Shown in pieces: positions 29,578 through 38,691 of a stretch of DNA of 64,000 nt. Location: the IMG/VR virus record IMGVR_UViG_3300002131_000090, positions 64,001-128,000 of that record; one strand, written 5' to 3'. Positions within the stretch are counted from its first letter, which is position 1. Every line of letters begins with the position of its first letter. The translations under genes were made by a program, and so were the position numbers. The stretch comes from a virus. Below the pieces are notes generated by a model that saw nothing but the letters and a program-made list of their open reading frames with translations, made no database searches and had not been told where the DNA came from.

Positions 29578-30264
29578 TTAATGTATATCTAAAAATTCTT
29601 TTAACTGCGGATACATATAATTATTACAATATCTCATGTATGCTTCAAGTCTTGGGTGGTTGCCGTCTTTAAAAAACGGTAATTTATTTTTACGACACCA
29701 ATCAACAATAGGGTTGTTAAAGATGTTAACATTATGTTTAGATAAATGTTCTTCAAATATTATTTTTTGATCGGTTGTAATTACAGTATCCCAGCCATAC
29801 ACTACAAATGTATTAGGTGTCATCTTTTTAGCAGAGATTATGTAAAATAAAAGATCCTCAAGATGCTGTTCAACATCCATTAGATCTCCGCCGGTTTCTT
29901 TTTGAGAAAAATATGAATGAGATAAGAAATCAATTCTTTCTTTTTTATCAAAAATATTTATAGACTTTATAACAGTTGAAGCAAGAGCATTTTTATTTTC
30001 ATTTTTTTGCTGTTTAATAAAAAAAGGAGTCATTGGTTTTCTTAAATAACTACGTTCTGACCCAGTTATTTGCCATATAACTATATCGTTAGTAGTAATA
30101 GGAGTATTAAACATTAGTTCTTGAAATCGACGTTGCTGTAAACCATTGGAACTTGAAGATTGGGCAAGATTTATTAATGGAATTTTCATAGATTCCGAAA
30201 GACACCTTGCCCATCCCACGTGATGTGTAATACTGCAACCTAATGTTATTAATCTATCATACAT
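29578..30264 (-). CDS. SGNH/GDSL-like protein
   Basis: LGCSIT, INLAQSSSSN, DGNHP. Confidence 0.7.
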   Translation of the reverse strand: MYDRLITLGCSITHHVGWARCLSESMKIPLINLAQSSSSNGLQQRRFQELMFNTPITTNDIVIWQITGSERSYLRKPMTPFFIKQQKNENKNALASTVIKSINIFDKKERIDFLSHSYFSQKETGGDLMDVEQHLEDLLFYIISAKKMTPNTFVVYGWDTVITTDQKIIFEEHLSKHNVNIFNNPIVDWCRKNKLPFFKDGNHPRLEAYMRYCNNYMYPQLKEFLDIH

Positions 30265-31621
30265 AACTTTTGCATAAATTCCAAAATTCTGTCATTTCAG
30301 GAAATGTTTCTAATAAGTTTGTATTCCTTCTACGATCATATTCAGTAAACCAATTGTAAAAATCTTTTCTACCTTCGGTTATTTTATGGTCATCGTATTT
30401 TACAGTGGCAAAATAATTTCTTACTCTGCGAAATCTTTCATATTCTAGGTCACTAAACTTAGTTGTATCGTTGTCATCTTTGTTATCTTTGATAAATTGT
30501 AAGATGTTATCAAAGTAAGGAAGGAATTCTTCCTTAGGAAGTATGTGCATATCGTACTGCAAGGGTTCTTTAAGATAAGGAGTGTCAAATCTAATTCTAC
30601 GTCTCTTTGGATCGTGATACTGTTTTCTCCATTCAAGAACTTTTTCTAAAAAGTCAGTAAAACTAGTGACACTTAAAATGTTAAATGTACACATTACTGT
30701 CAGGTCGGCGCCAGTAATATCGAGGTAATTCTTCATATTACTTTCCCACAACTCTACGTTTAAACCAGTACGCAGGTATTCTGCACGTTTGCTGAATGTA
30801 TCTATACTGGTATACAATTTAAACTTGTTGATTGTATTCGTATCTAGAAGTTCTTTTACGTTGTTAGATAATTTTGTAACTAATCGCGGAGTTACTCCGA
30901 GGTTGCTGTTTAAGTTAAGTTCAAGATTAGGTCTTGGCTCTTCTCTGAGTCTATCAAACAAATTCCAAGTGCTTTTGTGCATAAGTGGCTCGCCGCCGGT
31001 AATGCGTAAAATGTTTAATGTTTTACTTAGCTCGGGCCACCATTCCCACCATGCTTTAATATAAGGATTGTCATCTTCGGGAATTGGAGTAAACCAATCT
31101 ACGTCAAGTGCGTGATTTTTTACAGTAGTATAAGGTCCAAACTTTTTAATTTCAGCATGAAAACTACTACTTGCCATTGGGTGACAATATCCACATTTGA
31201 AATTACATTCATTACTAAATGCAATTTCAACGTATTCAGGATTAACATTAAAATCCCAAGGGTTATCAAGAATTTCTTTTATACGTTCTGGCTTATAGAT
31301 ACTTTCATTACGAATCATTCTATCTGATATATGATCAGTACCTAGCGATTCGACATTCCAACAGTACTTACACCCTGCAGGCTTTTCTCCAATTAACATT
31401 TTTGCACGTTCTTTTTTCTTAATAAGCGTATTATGCAATGCACTTGGATTGTTTTTTATTTCAGCTAAATCAATTGCATGTGGAGCAGGATGATAACAAC
31501 TGTGCGTTTGCCCGGTATGCAAATATATTGTAGTATGATGCCACTTTGCCAAACAGAATGTTGGGCTTATTTCGTCCATTTCAAATGTACGATTTTTTAT
31601 GTTTTCTGTTTCAGATGTCAT
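30257..31621 (-). CDS. Radical SAM protein with N-terminal Twitch-like domain (SCYHP subtype)
   Basis: FCLAKW...HSCYHP...CKYCW; SNECNFKCGYCHPMASS; TGGEPL. Confidence 0.92.
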   Translation of the reverse strand: MTSETENIKNRTFEMDEISPTFCLAKWHHTTIYLHTGQTHSCYHPAPHAIDLAEIKNNPSALHNTLIKKKERAKMLIGEKPAGCKYCWNVESLGTDHISDRMIRNESIYKPERIKEILDNPWDFNVNPEYVEIAFSNECNFKCGYCHPMASSSFHAEIKKFGPYTTVKNHALDVDWFTPIPEDDNPYIKAWWEWWPELSKTLNILRITGGEPLMHKSTWNLFDRLREEPRPNLELNLNSNLGVTPRLVTKLSNNVKELLDTNTINKFKLYTSIDTFSKRAEYLRTGLNVELWESNMKNYLDITGADLTVMCTFNILSVTSFTDFLEKVLEWRKQYHDPKRRRIRFDTPYLKEPLQYDMHILPKEEFLPYFDNILQFIKDNKDDNDTTKFSDLEYERFRRVRNYFATVKYDDHKITEGRKDFYNWFTEYDRRRNTNLLETFPEMTEFWNLCKSYV

Positions 31622-32541
31622 GTTTCGATATCAATGAATTGCTGCTCAGAGTTTCTTGCTGGATTTTGATAAACTGTTTTAAAGAATTTACTGCCGCCGG
31701 CGTCTAACGGCATAACACCTATTGGGAGATCGAGTTCGTGTTTAAGAGTTTCACCAATTGATTCTATTTCGTCAATAAGATTTTCCTCGGTTACTTCCAT
31801 ATTATTCCACATGTTGTTAAGATACTCAAAGTCACGAACGTTGATATAATCCCAATCTGTACACATAGTTTTATACAAACCTTCACGAGCTCCGTAGATA
31901 GCCCATAATCCATTTTCAACATCGGCACCAATCATAAGCCAAATATATAAACGATGCAAGTTTTTCCAATGATTCTTTTTAAATTCATCATAGGATACCT
32001 TTACTCCACGATCAAGTGCCATTTTAACACCTTCGCGAAAGCCGGCACGCCACGCTTGTTGTGCTGTAGCATTGTTTATAATTTCACTATAGCAACTGTT
32101 CATTTGAATATATTTAATATCCCAACAAAAATCTACTTGTGCATGTGGATTGTTTGGATCGGCATTTTCATGCGTTTTCATATTTAACACATATTCTTTA
32201 GGCCAACATTTAAGTCCGCCATTACCATACATAAGTCCGTTGATAGTATTTTTAGCAGTCCAACTCATTACACACTTTTCAAGATCTTCGTTCTCGCCGA
32301 AGTCAAACTCTTTAGACAAGAATTCGCTGTTGATAATGTTGTCACCATCAACAGTAATAAATCTATCAGTTTCGCTAAGCCTTGCACATGCTTTATGTGC
32401 AGCATCACTGCCTTCTACGCCGTGTACACGCTTTGCCCACGGAATCTTTTTACAAAGATCTGCATAATTTTTTTCTGCATTAGGCTCGTCGTAGCTAAGA
32501 TAAATGATATCATAGTCTAGCACTCTAAATTTATTACTCAT
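31618..32541 (-). CDS. Glycosyltransferase-like (GT-A) protein
   Basis: YDIIYLSYDEPNA, RVHGVEG, FITVDGD (DxD), YGNGGLKCWP, AWRAGFREGVK. Confidence 0.6.
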   Translation of the reverse strand: MSNKFRVLDYDIIYLSYDEPNAEKNYADLCKKIPWAKRVHGVEGSDAAHKACARLSETDRFITVDGDNIINSEFLSKEFDFGENEDLEKCVMSWTAKNTINGLMYGNGGLKCWPKEYVLNMKTHENADPNNPHAQVDFCWDIKYIQMNSCYSEIINNATAQQAWRAGFREGVKMALDRGVKVSYDEFKKNHWKNLHRLYIWLMIGADVENGLWAIYGAREGLYKTMCTDWDYINVRDFEYLNNMWNNMEVTEENLIDEIESIGETLKHELDLPIGVMPLDAGGSKFFKTVYQNPARNSEQQFIDIET

Positions 32542-33116
32542 TGTATAACCTCATGATAGTATGTCTCAAGTCTCTTTACAGTATATACACTCAATGCATC
32601 AGAGTCAAGTTCAATCTGACTCTTAAATGGAATTTTAACATCTTCTTTAATTAATTGCTCCATTGACAAATTTAAAAAATTTTCTAATCGATGTGGATCA
32701 TTATATCTTGTAATACTAAAACTTAAATTCTTGTTAAAGGATATTTTGTTATTTTTGAAATTATCTTTTATACCTTGATCTAACATAAATTGCCATTCTT
32801 TGTCTTTAATGTTTTGTATAATTAACAAGTCTGGTCTGCTTATAACACGCTTTGATATAAGATAAATTTGATTATTAATATCAAACATAATATCTTCTTC
32901 GTTAAATCTGTGTTTTAATATATAAGACTTTTTAATTGTATCAAACAATACAACATAATGGCTAAACTGTTCTTTACCACTGATTAAATTTTTAACTTCG
33001 TCGTAAGTTGTTTCAAAATAGCTGCCTTCTTCTAAGTTATTATTTGAAACAGATAACAAGTTACCGTCTTCATCAAAGTAAACATATTTTAAAATTGGAA
33101 TATAAAAATCATTCAT
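32538..33116 (-). CDS. Hypothetical protein
   Basis: 192-aa ORF overlapping both neighbours. Confidence 0.7.
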   Translation of the reverse strand: MNDFYIPILKYVYFDEDGNLLSVSNNNLEEGSYFETTYDEVKNLISGKEQFSHYVVLFDTIKKSYILKHRFNEEDIMFDINNQIYLISKRVISRPDLLIIQNIKDKEWQFMLDQGIKDNFKNNKISFNKNLSFSITRYNDPHRLENFLNLSMEQLIKEDVKIPFKSQIELDSDALSVYTVKRLETYYHEVIQ

Positions 33117-33954
33117 TGTTTAAGTAGCTTTCGTATATCTCAATTATATCATCTGTAACAAAGTCTTTTTCAGTATAATGAAAAATTCCATTTTGTTTGT
33201 AATTACCAATTTTGAGATTTAGTTCCTTATCTAAATACACTCCAACTCGGTCTTGCCATCTTTCAGAAAAAGTAGATTTCCATTCTTGATTGCGAGTCTT
33301 CATATGTACAAAATTTGGGTAACTAATATTTTTGTTTGTAATCTTATCTTCGCAGTTGAGTATTTTAGTAACGATAGCTGCACTAACATCAACACTGGGA
33401 AATTTTTGAAAATGTTTGCCGCCGGCATATTGTCCGTAAAATAATTCCCAATTATTCATTACAAACTCTAGCCATTTGTAAAAAGTATGCGCTTCGTCTG
33501 AACGCTCAAAATAATTAAAGCCAGCATACACATTTGGTAGCATATGATTTCTAAATGCTTTCCTATAGTATACACTAGTTACCGGATTGCCTCTATAAGT
33601 TAGTACGTTTGTAGTAAAAAATACTTTGTGATTTTTTAAATAATTCCACCAAAGTTCAATGTTGTCTAGTACTAATACATCTGTATCTAATATAATAGTG
33701 CGATCGTACGGGCAGGCATGATAAATTTTCCAACGATTTTCTATTTTCCAATTGCTGTCTTCTGCCGAATCCTCCCACGGAATTTCAACAATGTCGTCAA
33801 ATACACTAACTGTTTTTTCATCTAACGTATTATTAGTTATAAGACATATTTTACTGTCTGGATTAGTTGCACGTATGCTTAATGCACACAAGTATGCTTG
33901 TTTTACATAATCGTGTGTACTGTTTTGTGCTAGCATTGTAAAATTAATTGTCAT
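33109..33954 (-). CDS. Glycosyltransferase (GT-A, GT8-like)
   Basis: LCALSIR, FDDIVEI, PYDRTIILDTD (DxD), FVHMK, FHY. Confidence 0.75.
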   Translation of the reverse strand: MTINFTMLAQNSTHDYVKQAYLCALSIRATNPDSKICLITNNTLDEKTVSVFDDIVEIPWEDSAEDSNWKIENRWKIYHACPYDRTIILDTDVLVLDNIELWWNYLKNHKVFFTTNVLTYRGNPVTSVYYRKAFRNHMLPNVYAGFNYFERSDEAHTFYKWLEFVMNNWELFYGQYAGGKHFQKFPSVDVSAAIVTKILNCEDKITNKNISYPNFVHMKTRNQEWKSTFSERWQDRVGVYLDKELNLKIGNYKQNGIFHYTEKDFVTDDIIEIYESYLNNE

Positions 33955-34786
33955 TATCTATTACTCTAGTTAAGCTAAATTTATTCATTATATGAATGTT
34001 ACTATCTTTTATCTTTGCTGGAAAGTATTGATTAGACTGTGTTTCTTTTTCAATTAAAAAAAGGAATTCGTTGCCATTTATTTTTAATACTAAATCTTTA
34101 TCAGTTGTATAAAACAATGTTCCTGGCATTTCTTTGGCAAAGTCACCCGACTTGTATCCGTTCATTGTGTGTATTGCTATACTAAATGCATGATCGTTTC
34201 TAAAAACACCGGTTGAGATTTGATATAGATTTTTATAATGTGCCCAATTGTCTTGCACATGTTTTAATAAATCAAAAAATAACTTGTTGACTTCTGTTTT
34301 TCTAAAAAATACAACAGTTGCCCAATAAAAGTCTGGACCGGTTTCGCTAATGTAATTAAATTCTGATAAATCTCTCCACCCGCTTAACTCAAACCCATTT
34401 CTATACAATAAGAAGTCGTGCTGTTGTAAAAAGCATTGGCTAAACAAGTCATTTGATATTATAAAATCGGTATCCAATAGCAAAGTTTCGTCATAAGGAG
34501 TTAAATCAAATACACTACTACGACTAGAATTTTTAAACTCTAAACGCTTTCTTGTAAAAGTACCGTCATTGTATTTTCTAAAAGTATAATTAGAGTCGTT
34601 TGAAACTTCAATTATTTGATCAAACACTGCATAGTCATAATTGTTTATTAGATAATTTTTATTATCTGTAATTAAACTAACTGGTATATTTAGAAATTCT
34701 TTAATTCGTTTAGCAGAATATACAGCTTGCTTAATGTAGTCAATTTCACTATTATTTCTTGCTATTAATAAAGCGCCTTGACTCAT
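33944..34786 (-). CDS. Glycosyltransferase (GT-A, GT8-like), paralog of 33109..33954
   Basis: YIKQA, FDQIIEV, PYDETLLLDTD, FRNDHAFSIA, IHIMNK. Confidence 0.75.
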   Translation of the reverse strand: MSQGALLIARNNSEIDYIKQAVYSAKRIKEFLNIPVSLITDNKNYLINNYDYAVFDQIIEVSNDSNYTFRKYNDGTFTRKRLEFKNSSRSSVFDLTPYDETLLLDTDFIISNDLFSQCFLQQHDFLLYRNGFELSGWRDLSEFNYISETGPDFYWATVVFFRKTEVNKLFFDLLKHVQDNWAHYKNLYQISTGVFRNDHAFSIAIHTMNGYKSGDFAKEMPGTLFYTTDKDLVLKINGNEFLFLIEKETQSNQYFPAKIKDSNIHIMNKFSLTRVIDNDN

Positions 34787-35130
34787 AAGTCAACAATACC
34801 TTCGACTGTTCTATTAGATTTTAACTTGTTATATTCTGTCATATAACGATTAGCAGCTTTCCAGTATACACTTACTAATGTATCTGCAAATTTTTGTAAA
34901 TCGTCAATCTCGATAGGAATATCATTATCATCAATTAAAATTGTACTAGTTTGTTCAAGTGCTAACAAACTCTGACAGAAACTTACCAATTGTTGTGTAA
35001 CTGTAAACTGCCCGCCATTATAATAATGAACAACATCGTTTTGATATTGTTCTCTTAAAATACGTTTTTGATTATTTAAAGTAATCATATAATTACTAAA
35101 ATCTAACGCAGATACTAATCGTTCGTCCAT
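34783..35130 (-). CDS. Hypothetical protein, possibly tail-fibre assembly/chaperone-like
   Basis: 115 aa, GGAG RBS; follows the fibre genes; NGGQF...IDDNDIPI pattern is weakly DUF4376-like. Confidence 0.55.
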   Translation of the reverse strand: MDERLVSALDFSNYMITLNNQKRILREQYQNDVVHYYNGGQFTVTQQLVSFCQSLLALEQTSTILIDDNDIPIEIDDLQKFADTLVSVYWKAANRYMTEYNKLKSNRTVEGIVDL

Positions 35131-35151
35131 AGAATTCTCCTATCAAATACT

Positions 35152-35180
35152 ATTGTATATTTTTTTTATCTATTTGTCAA
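35152..35180 (-). promoter_or_regulatory. sigma70-type promoter at the head of the modification cluster
   Basis: TTGACA (35180-35175), 17-nt spacer, TACAAT (35157-35152), then AGGAG RBS and ATG 35130. Confidence 0.8.
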
Positions 35181-35185
35181 GTAAT

Positions 35186-36208
35186 TTATGCAGGAGGAGT
35201 TACATTATCTGAAGTAAGTTGGACTACTGTTGCAATTGTAGGCGCTGAAATACTAACAGCTTGATAGGAAGTAGCAGCGTAAGTAAACGTACTATCTGGT
35301 CTAAATGTGTTAATCGAACTGTTGGTTGAGCCGCCAACTGATTCATCTTGAGGATCTAGAGGGACGCCGGCTTGATCGCCTGTGTCGCCGTCATTAAAGC
35401 TAATTCTAAATCTTATAACTGATCCGGTAACGTAACCTTCAATCGTATAATCATTATCGGCATACACTCCTGATCCTGTTTTTATATATAACTGTGCATA
35501 ACTACCAGTGAGACCATCATACCCTGTACCAGATCCGCTATCCGAAGTAATTCCATACTTGTCAAACTTAATAGTTCCCATGTTTGTTAACATAGTTGCC
35601 CAATCAGTATCTTTAGCACCTGCTCCACTAGTAAGTGATGCTGCAAAACGGATTTCTCCGCCGGCGTTAAAATAGTAATTCATTTGATTGACACTGGCAA
35701 ACGTTACTGTTACAACGTGGTATATCGACTTAGCAACATCTACAGAACCGCCCCAACTAGTAGTTCGCGGAGTACTTGATACAGCTGATCCTAATGTAAA
35801 CGAACTGTCTGGCCAACCTGATACTGATCCGTTGAAATTACTTATAGCAACAATTAACGTATCATAATCGTTATGTCCTTGATTACCGCCATCAGTAGGA
35901 GTAGCAGTTGCACCAGTTGTTTGATTAAAAGTTTGACTTACATCGGCACCAACAGTTTGTCCTGTTGGTGGTACTGCAACGCTAGTACTTGTTGCACCTT
36001 GCTGATGTATATATACACTCTGCGCATCTAGGAATAACAAACGCATCTGATCTGAAGTAACTGAATTACTTACTCCAAAAGTGCTGCCGCCTGTAACTGC
36101 TACAGCTCTCATAGTTTGTCCGTACTCAGTTGAATATACTCCACTTAATGTAGTTCTAATATTGTTATAATTTGCGGCTGTAATAGAACCGCCGGTGACT
36201 ACGGCCAT
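35186..36208 (-). CDS. Virion structural protein (fibre-associated), paralog of 36263..37180
   Basis: S/T/G-rich; shares YGQ and FNxGGEIR...W..LL..MGTIKF motifs with its neighbour; AGGAGA RBS. Confidence 0.7.
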   Translation of the reverse strand: MAVVTGGSITAANYNNIRTTLSGVYSTEYGQTMRAVAVTGGSTFGVSNSVTSDQMRLLFLDAQSVYIHQQGATSTSVAVPPTGQTVGADVSQTFNQTTGATATPTDGGNQGHNDYDTLIVAISNFNGSVSGWPDSSFTLGSAVSSTPRTTSWGGSVDVAKSIYHVVTVTFASVNQMNYYFNAGGEIRFAASLTSGAGAKDTDWATMLTNMGTIKFDKYGITSDSGSGTGYDGLTGSYAQLYIKTGSGVYADNDYTIEGYVTGSVIRFRISFNDGDTGDQAGVPLDPQDESVGGSTNSSINTFRPDSTFTYAATSYQAVSISAPTIATVVQLTSDNVTPPA

Positions 36209-36230
36209 ACAAAATCTCCTATGTTACTAG

Positions 36231-36237
36231 TATTTAT
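36231..36237 (-). promoter_or_regulatory. TAAATA late-type promoter motif
   Basis: ATAAATA 22 nt upstream of ATG 36208, followed by AGGAGA. Confidence 0.6.
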
Positions 36238-36262
36238 TAAAATATGTTCTATCAAAAAAATA

Positions 36263-37180
36263 TTATTCTAACGGTGTTGTAGTAAGATAGCTAGGAGTTG
36301 TAACATCTACATAACTGCCTGTTGCTCTTAACTGAGATACCGAACTAGTCAATGTACCGTTGATTGTTTCGTCAATAATGCCGGCGTCTCTATCTACAAA
36401 TGTTACTTGGAATTCAATTGTAGAACTATTAATTGTTCGTGCTTTAACAATATATTCTGCATTGATGCCTGCATATATCCCAGTAGATTGTTTGCTATAT
36501 AATGTCTGAAATGTACCAGTTAAACTGTTGTTACCAATACTAGTTCCGGTTCCGGAACTAGCAGTAACTCCGTTATAAGTAAATTTAATTGTGCCCATCG
36601 AAGACAATAAATCTCTCCAATATGTACTCTTATCTCCAGAAGAACCTGCTAACGATGCAACTAATCTTATTTCGCCGCCGCTATTAAAAAAATGTCTTCT
36701 ATGATTTGCACCAGTTGCACTGACTGTTGTACCATCAGTTTTGCCTACAGTATAGCCGCCTGCAAATATTACTTTAAATGTATGAGTTAATATATTTACA
36801 GGATCACCCCATGTACTCGACCTAGTACTTGATAGTTTATTTTCTGTTGACACTTGATTTGCAAGATAAACATCTTGTTTACTGTTATATAATGTTGTAG
36901 CAAGTGTTTCGTACGATAACCATTCTGCATCTTCAACATCAGCGTTTGCTATTATTGTAGCTAATGATACAGAGTTTCCGGTCTGATGAACGTTTACTTT
37001 ATTGATGTCTTCTTTTAAAAAATTTAAATGATTTGCAGAAACAGTATTAGTCAACGAAACTGGACTACTGCTTAATAGCTGTCCGTATCCAAACGTTAAT
37101 TGTCCTTGTCCTAATACTTCTGCAATTCGGTTTTGCATTAAGTTAAAACGTGATACTGATATTATTTCGCCTACGGCCAT
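36263..37180 (-). CDS. Virion structural protein
   Basis: GYGQ, HFFNSGGEIR, MGTIKF; AGGA RBS. Confidence 0.7.
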   Translation of the reverse strand: MAVGEIISVSRFNLMQNRIAEVLGQGQLTFGYGQLLSSSPVSLTNTVSANHLNFLKEDINKVNVHQTGNSVSLATIIANADVEDAEWLSYETLATTLYNSKQDVYLANQVSTENKLSSTRSSTWGDPVNILTHTFKVIFAGGYTVGKTDGTTVSATGANHRRHFFNSGGEIRLVASLAGSSGDKSTYWRDLLSSMGTIKFTYNGVTASSGTGTSIGNNSLTGTFQTLYSKQSTGIYAGINAEYIVKARTINSSTIEFQVTFVDRDAGIIDETINGTLTSSVSQLRATGSYVDVTTPSYLTTTPLE

Positions 37181-37197
37181 TGTGTATTCCTAAAATA

Positions 37198-38652
37198 TTA
37201 TACTTTTAAAACGCATTCGACTAATTTCTCATCTGCACTATCGTTTGATTCAAGTGCAATACCTACTAAAGCAGTTGTTGCTAGTGTTGTACATACGCCG
37301 TCTGCCATTGCATAAACTGCTTGACCCTTTTTAACAGCACCTTTAACACGTACAGGAAGACGCCCCTTTAAACCAATGTACTGCCCAGTTGCTTCGCTGT
37401 TCATCATGTAAGCAGGATCAGTTGAAACAACACCAATACAATGATTACTTGCATTTGCTGGTTCTACATCGTGATCTTCACAAGCGCATACTGCTACTGC
37501 AGTACCTGGTGCTAGTTCTTCTTTAGTTGAATATTTTTCTGCTAAGTCAGCATAACGTGCTTTTGTTGCAGTACCTTGGAACAGGTTGGCATATAAGTCA
37601 CCGCTTGCATCTCTTGCTGCAATAGTATTTGCTGTAGCAGCAGTGCTGGCAGCTCTTCCTGTTGCGCCAACAGTAAGTAACCCTGCTTGTGTTGCTATAC
37701 CGCTAAATGTGTCAGCATACACAGTTTGCCATTTGGTACCAGCTTTACCTAAATCATACGCACTACCTGCATTTGGATGTATACCAGTAGCATCAAGATA
37801 ATATATGATTGTGCCAGATGAGTTCTTAACTCTTAATAAATTTCTCACCAGTTGAATCATTGGTGTTTCGTTGTCGGTATCAATTTTTACAATTAAGTCG
37901 GCACCTAGTCCTAACGTATAACCAAGATCACTAAATACCACTGTTGATGTAAATGCACTCGAATCAGAAGTTACATAATTAGATGCTGCAATTCCGTTTA
38001 GTTTTATAGCATTGCTTGCTGTTCCCCAAAAACGATGTGCAGTACTTGTAATACCGTCTGTAGATGCAACAGTATTAACTAATGTAATACCCTTCCTAAT
38101 TACATCAAATCCAGTAACTGAAGTACCAGCAGAATTAGTAAATTCGTCTTTACTAATTATGTATACTACTTCATCGCCGATTACTGCTTCTTGTACATCG
38201 TGTGTTGTATTAAGAGTATCAGTTAGTGTAGTTGATACCATTCTAGTTATTGTACTAGCAGAGCCACCTTGCGGGCCTACAAGAATCCATTCTGATGATG
38301 CATTTTTAACATAAAGTTGTCCAGTTGTACTGTTCCACCAAAGGTCACCTTCTACTAGTCCAGAAGGCGCTGATGTTGACACTTCAGTTGATCCAGTATT
38401 TTTAAATGAAGTTCCATTATATACTTTAATTTTTTGTGTACTATTATCGTACCAAATCATTCCTGCAACTGGTTTTGAAGGCGCGGTAGATCCGGCAAAA
38501 TGTTCTAATAAAAACATAAAGTTTTCATTTTGTGCTTCACCATAACCGGCATAATTTTTACCGATAAACTTTACTTCTGTACTTTGATTTATAGTACCGT
38601 CTTGGACTGTTGCTTGTACAGCGCCGTTGTATCTATTAATAGTATATGCCAT
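37198..38652 (-). CDS. Tail fibre protein with C-terminal intramolecular-chaperone/autocleavage-like domain
   Basis: Shared N-terminal domain (GKNYAGYGE..NENF..LLEHFA...WYD); TIAARDASGD; ARYADLAEKY...GVVSTDPAYMMN...GRLPVRV. Confidence 0.75.
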   Translation of the reverse strand: MAYTINRYNGAVQATVQDGTINQSTEVKFIGKNYAGYGEAQNENFMFLLEHFAGSTAPSKPVAGMIWYDNSTQKIKVYNGTSFKNTGSTEVSTSAPSGLVEGDLWWNSTTGQLYVKNASSEWILVGPQGGSASTITRMVSTTLTDTLNTTHDVQEAVIGDEVVYIISKDEFTNSAGTSVTGFDVIRKGITLVNTVASTDGITSTAHRFWGTASNAIKLNGIAASNYVTSDSSAFTSTVVFSDLGYTLGLGADLIVKIDTDNETPMIQLVRNLLRVKNSSGTIIYYLDATGIHPNAGSAYDLGKAGTKWQTVYADTFSGIATQAGLLTVGATGRAASTAATANTIAARDASGDLYANLFQGTATKARYADLAEKYSTKEELAPGTAVAVCACEDHDVEPANASNHCIGVVSTDPAYMMNSEATGQYIGLKGRLPVRVKGAVKKGQAVYAMADGVCTTLATTALVGIALESNDSADEKLVECVLKV

Positions 38653-38680
38653 TTATGGACAACCCTTCTTTTAACATTAA

Positions 38681-38686
38681 TATTTA
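38681..38686 (-). promoter_or_regulatory. TAAATA late-type promoter motif
   Basis: CTAAATA in the intergenic gap, 28 nt upstream of ATG 38652. Confidence 0.5.
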
Positions 38687-38691
38687 GCTAT

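Noticed and set aside
1-35130. RiPP cluster with a precursor peptide
   Set aside because: No leader/core-like small ORF, RRE domain, peptidase or exporter was seen; the 35-aa mini-ORF is a methyltransferase fragment.
1-35130. Canonical DNA hypermodification or 7-deazaguanine pathway
   Set aside because: No recognisable thymidylate-synthase-like, nucleotide kinase, FolE/QueC/QueD or DpdA genes in the window. Not fully excluded, because the cluster extends beyond the edge.
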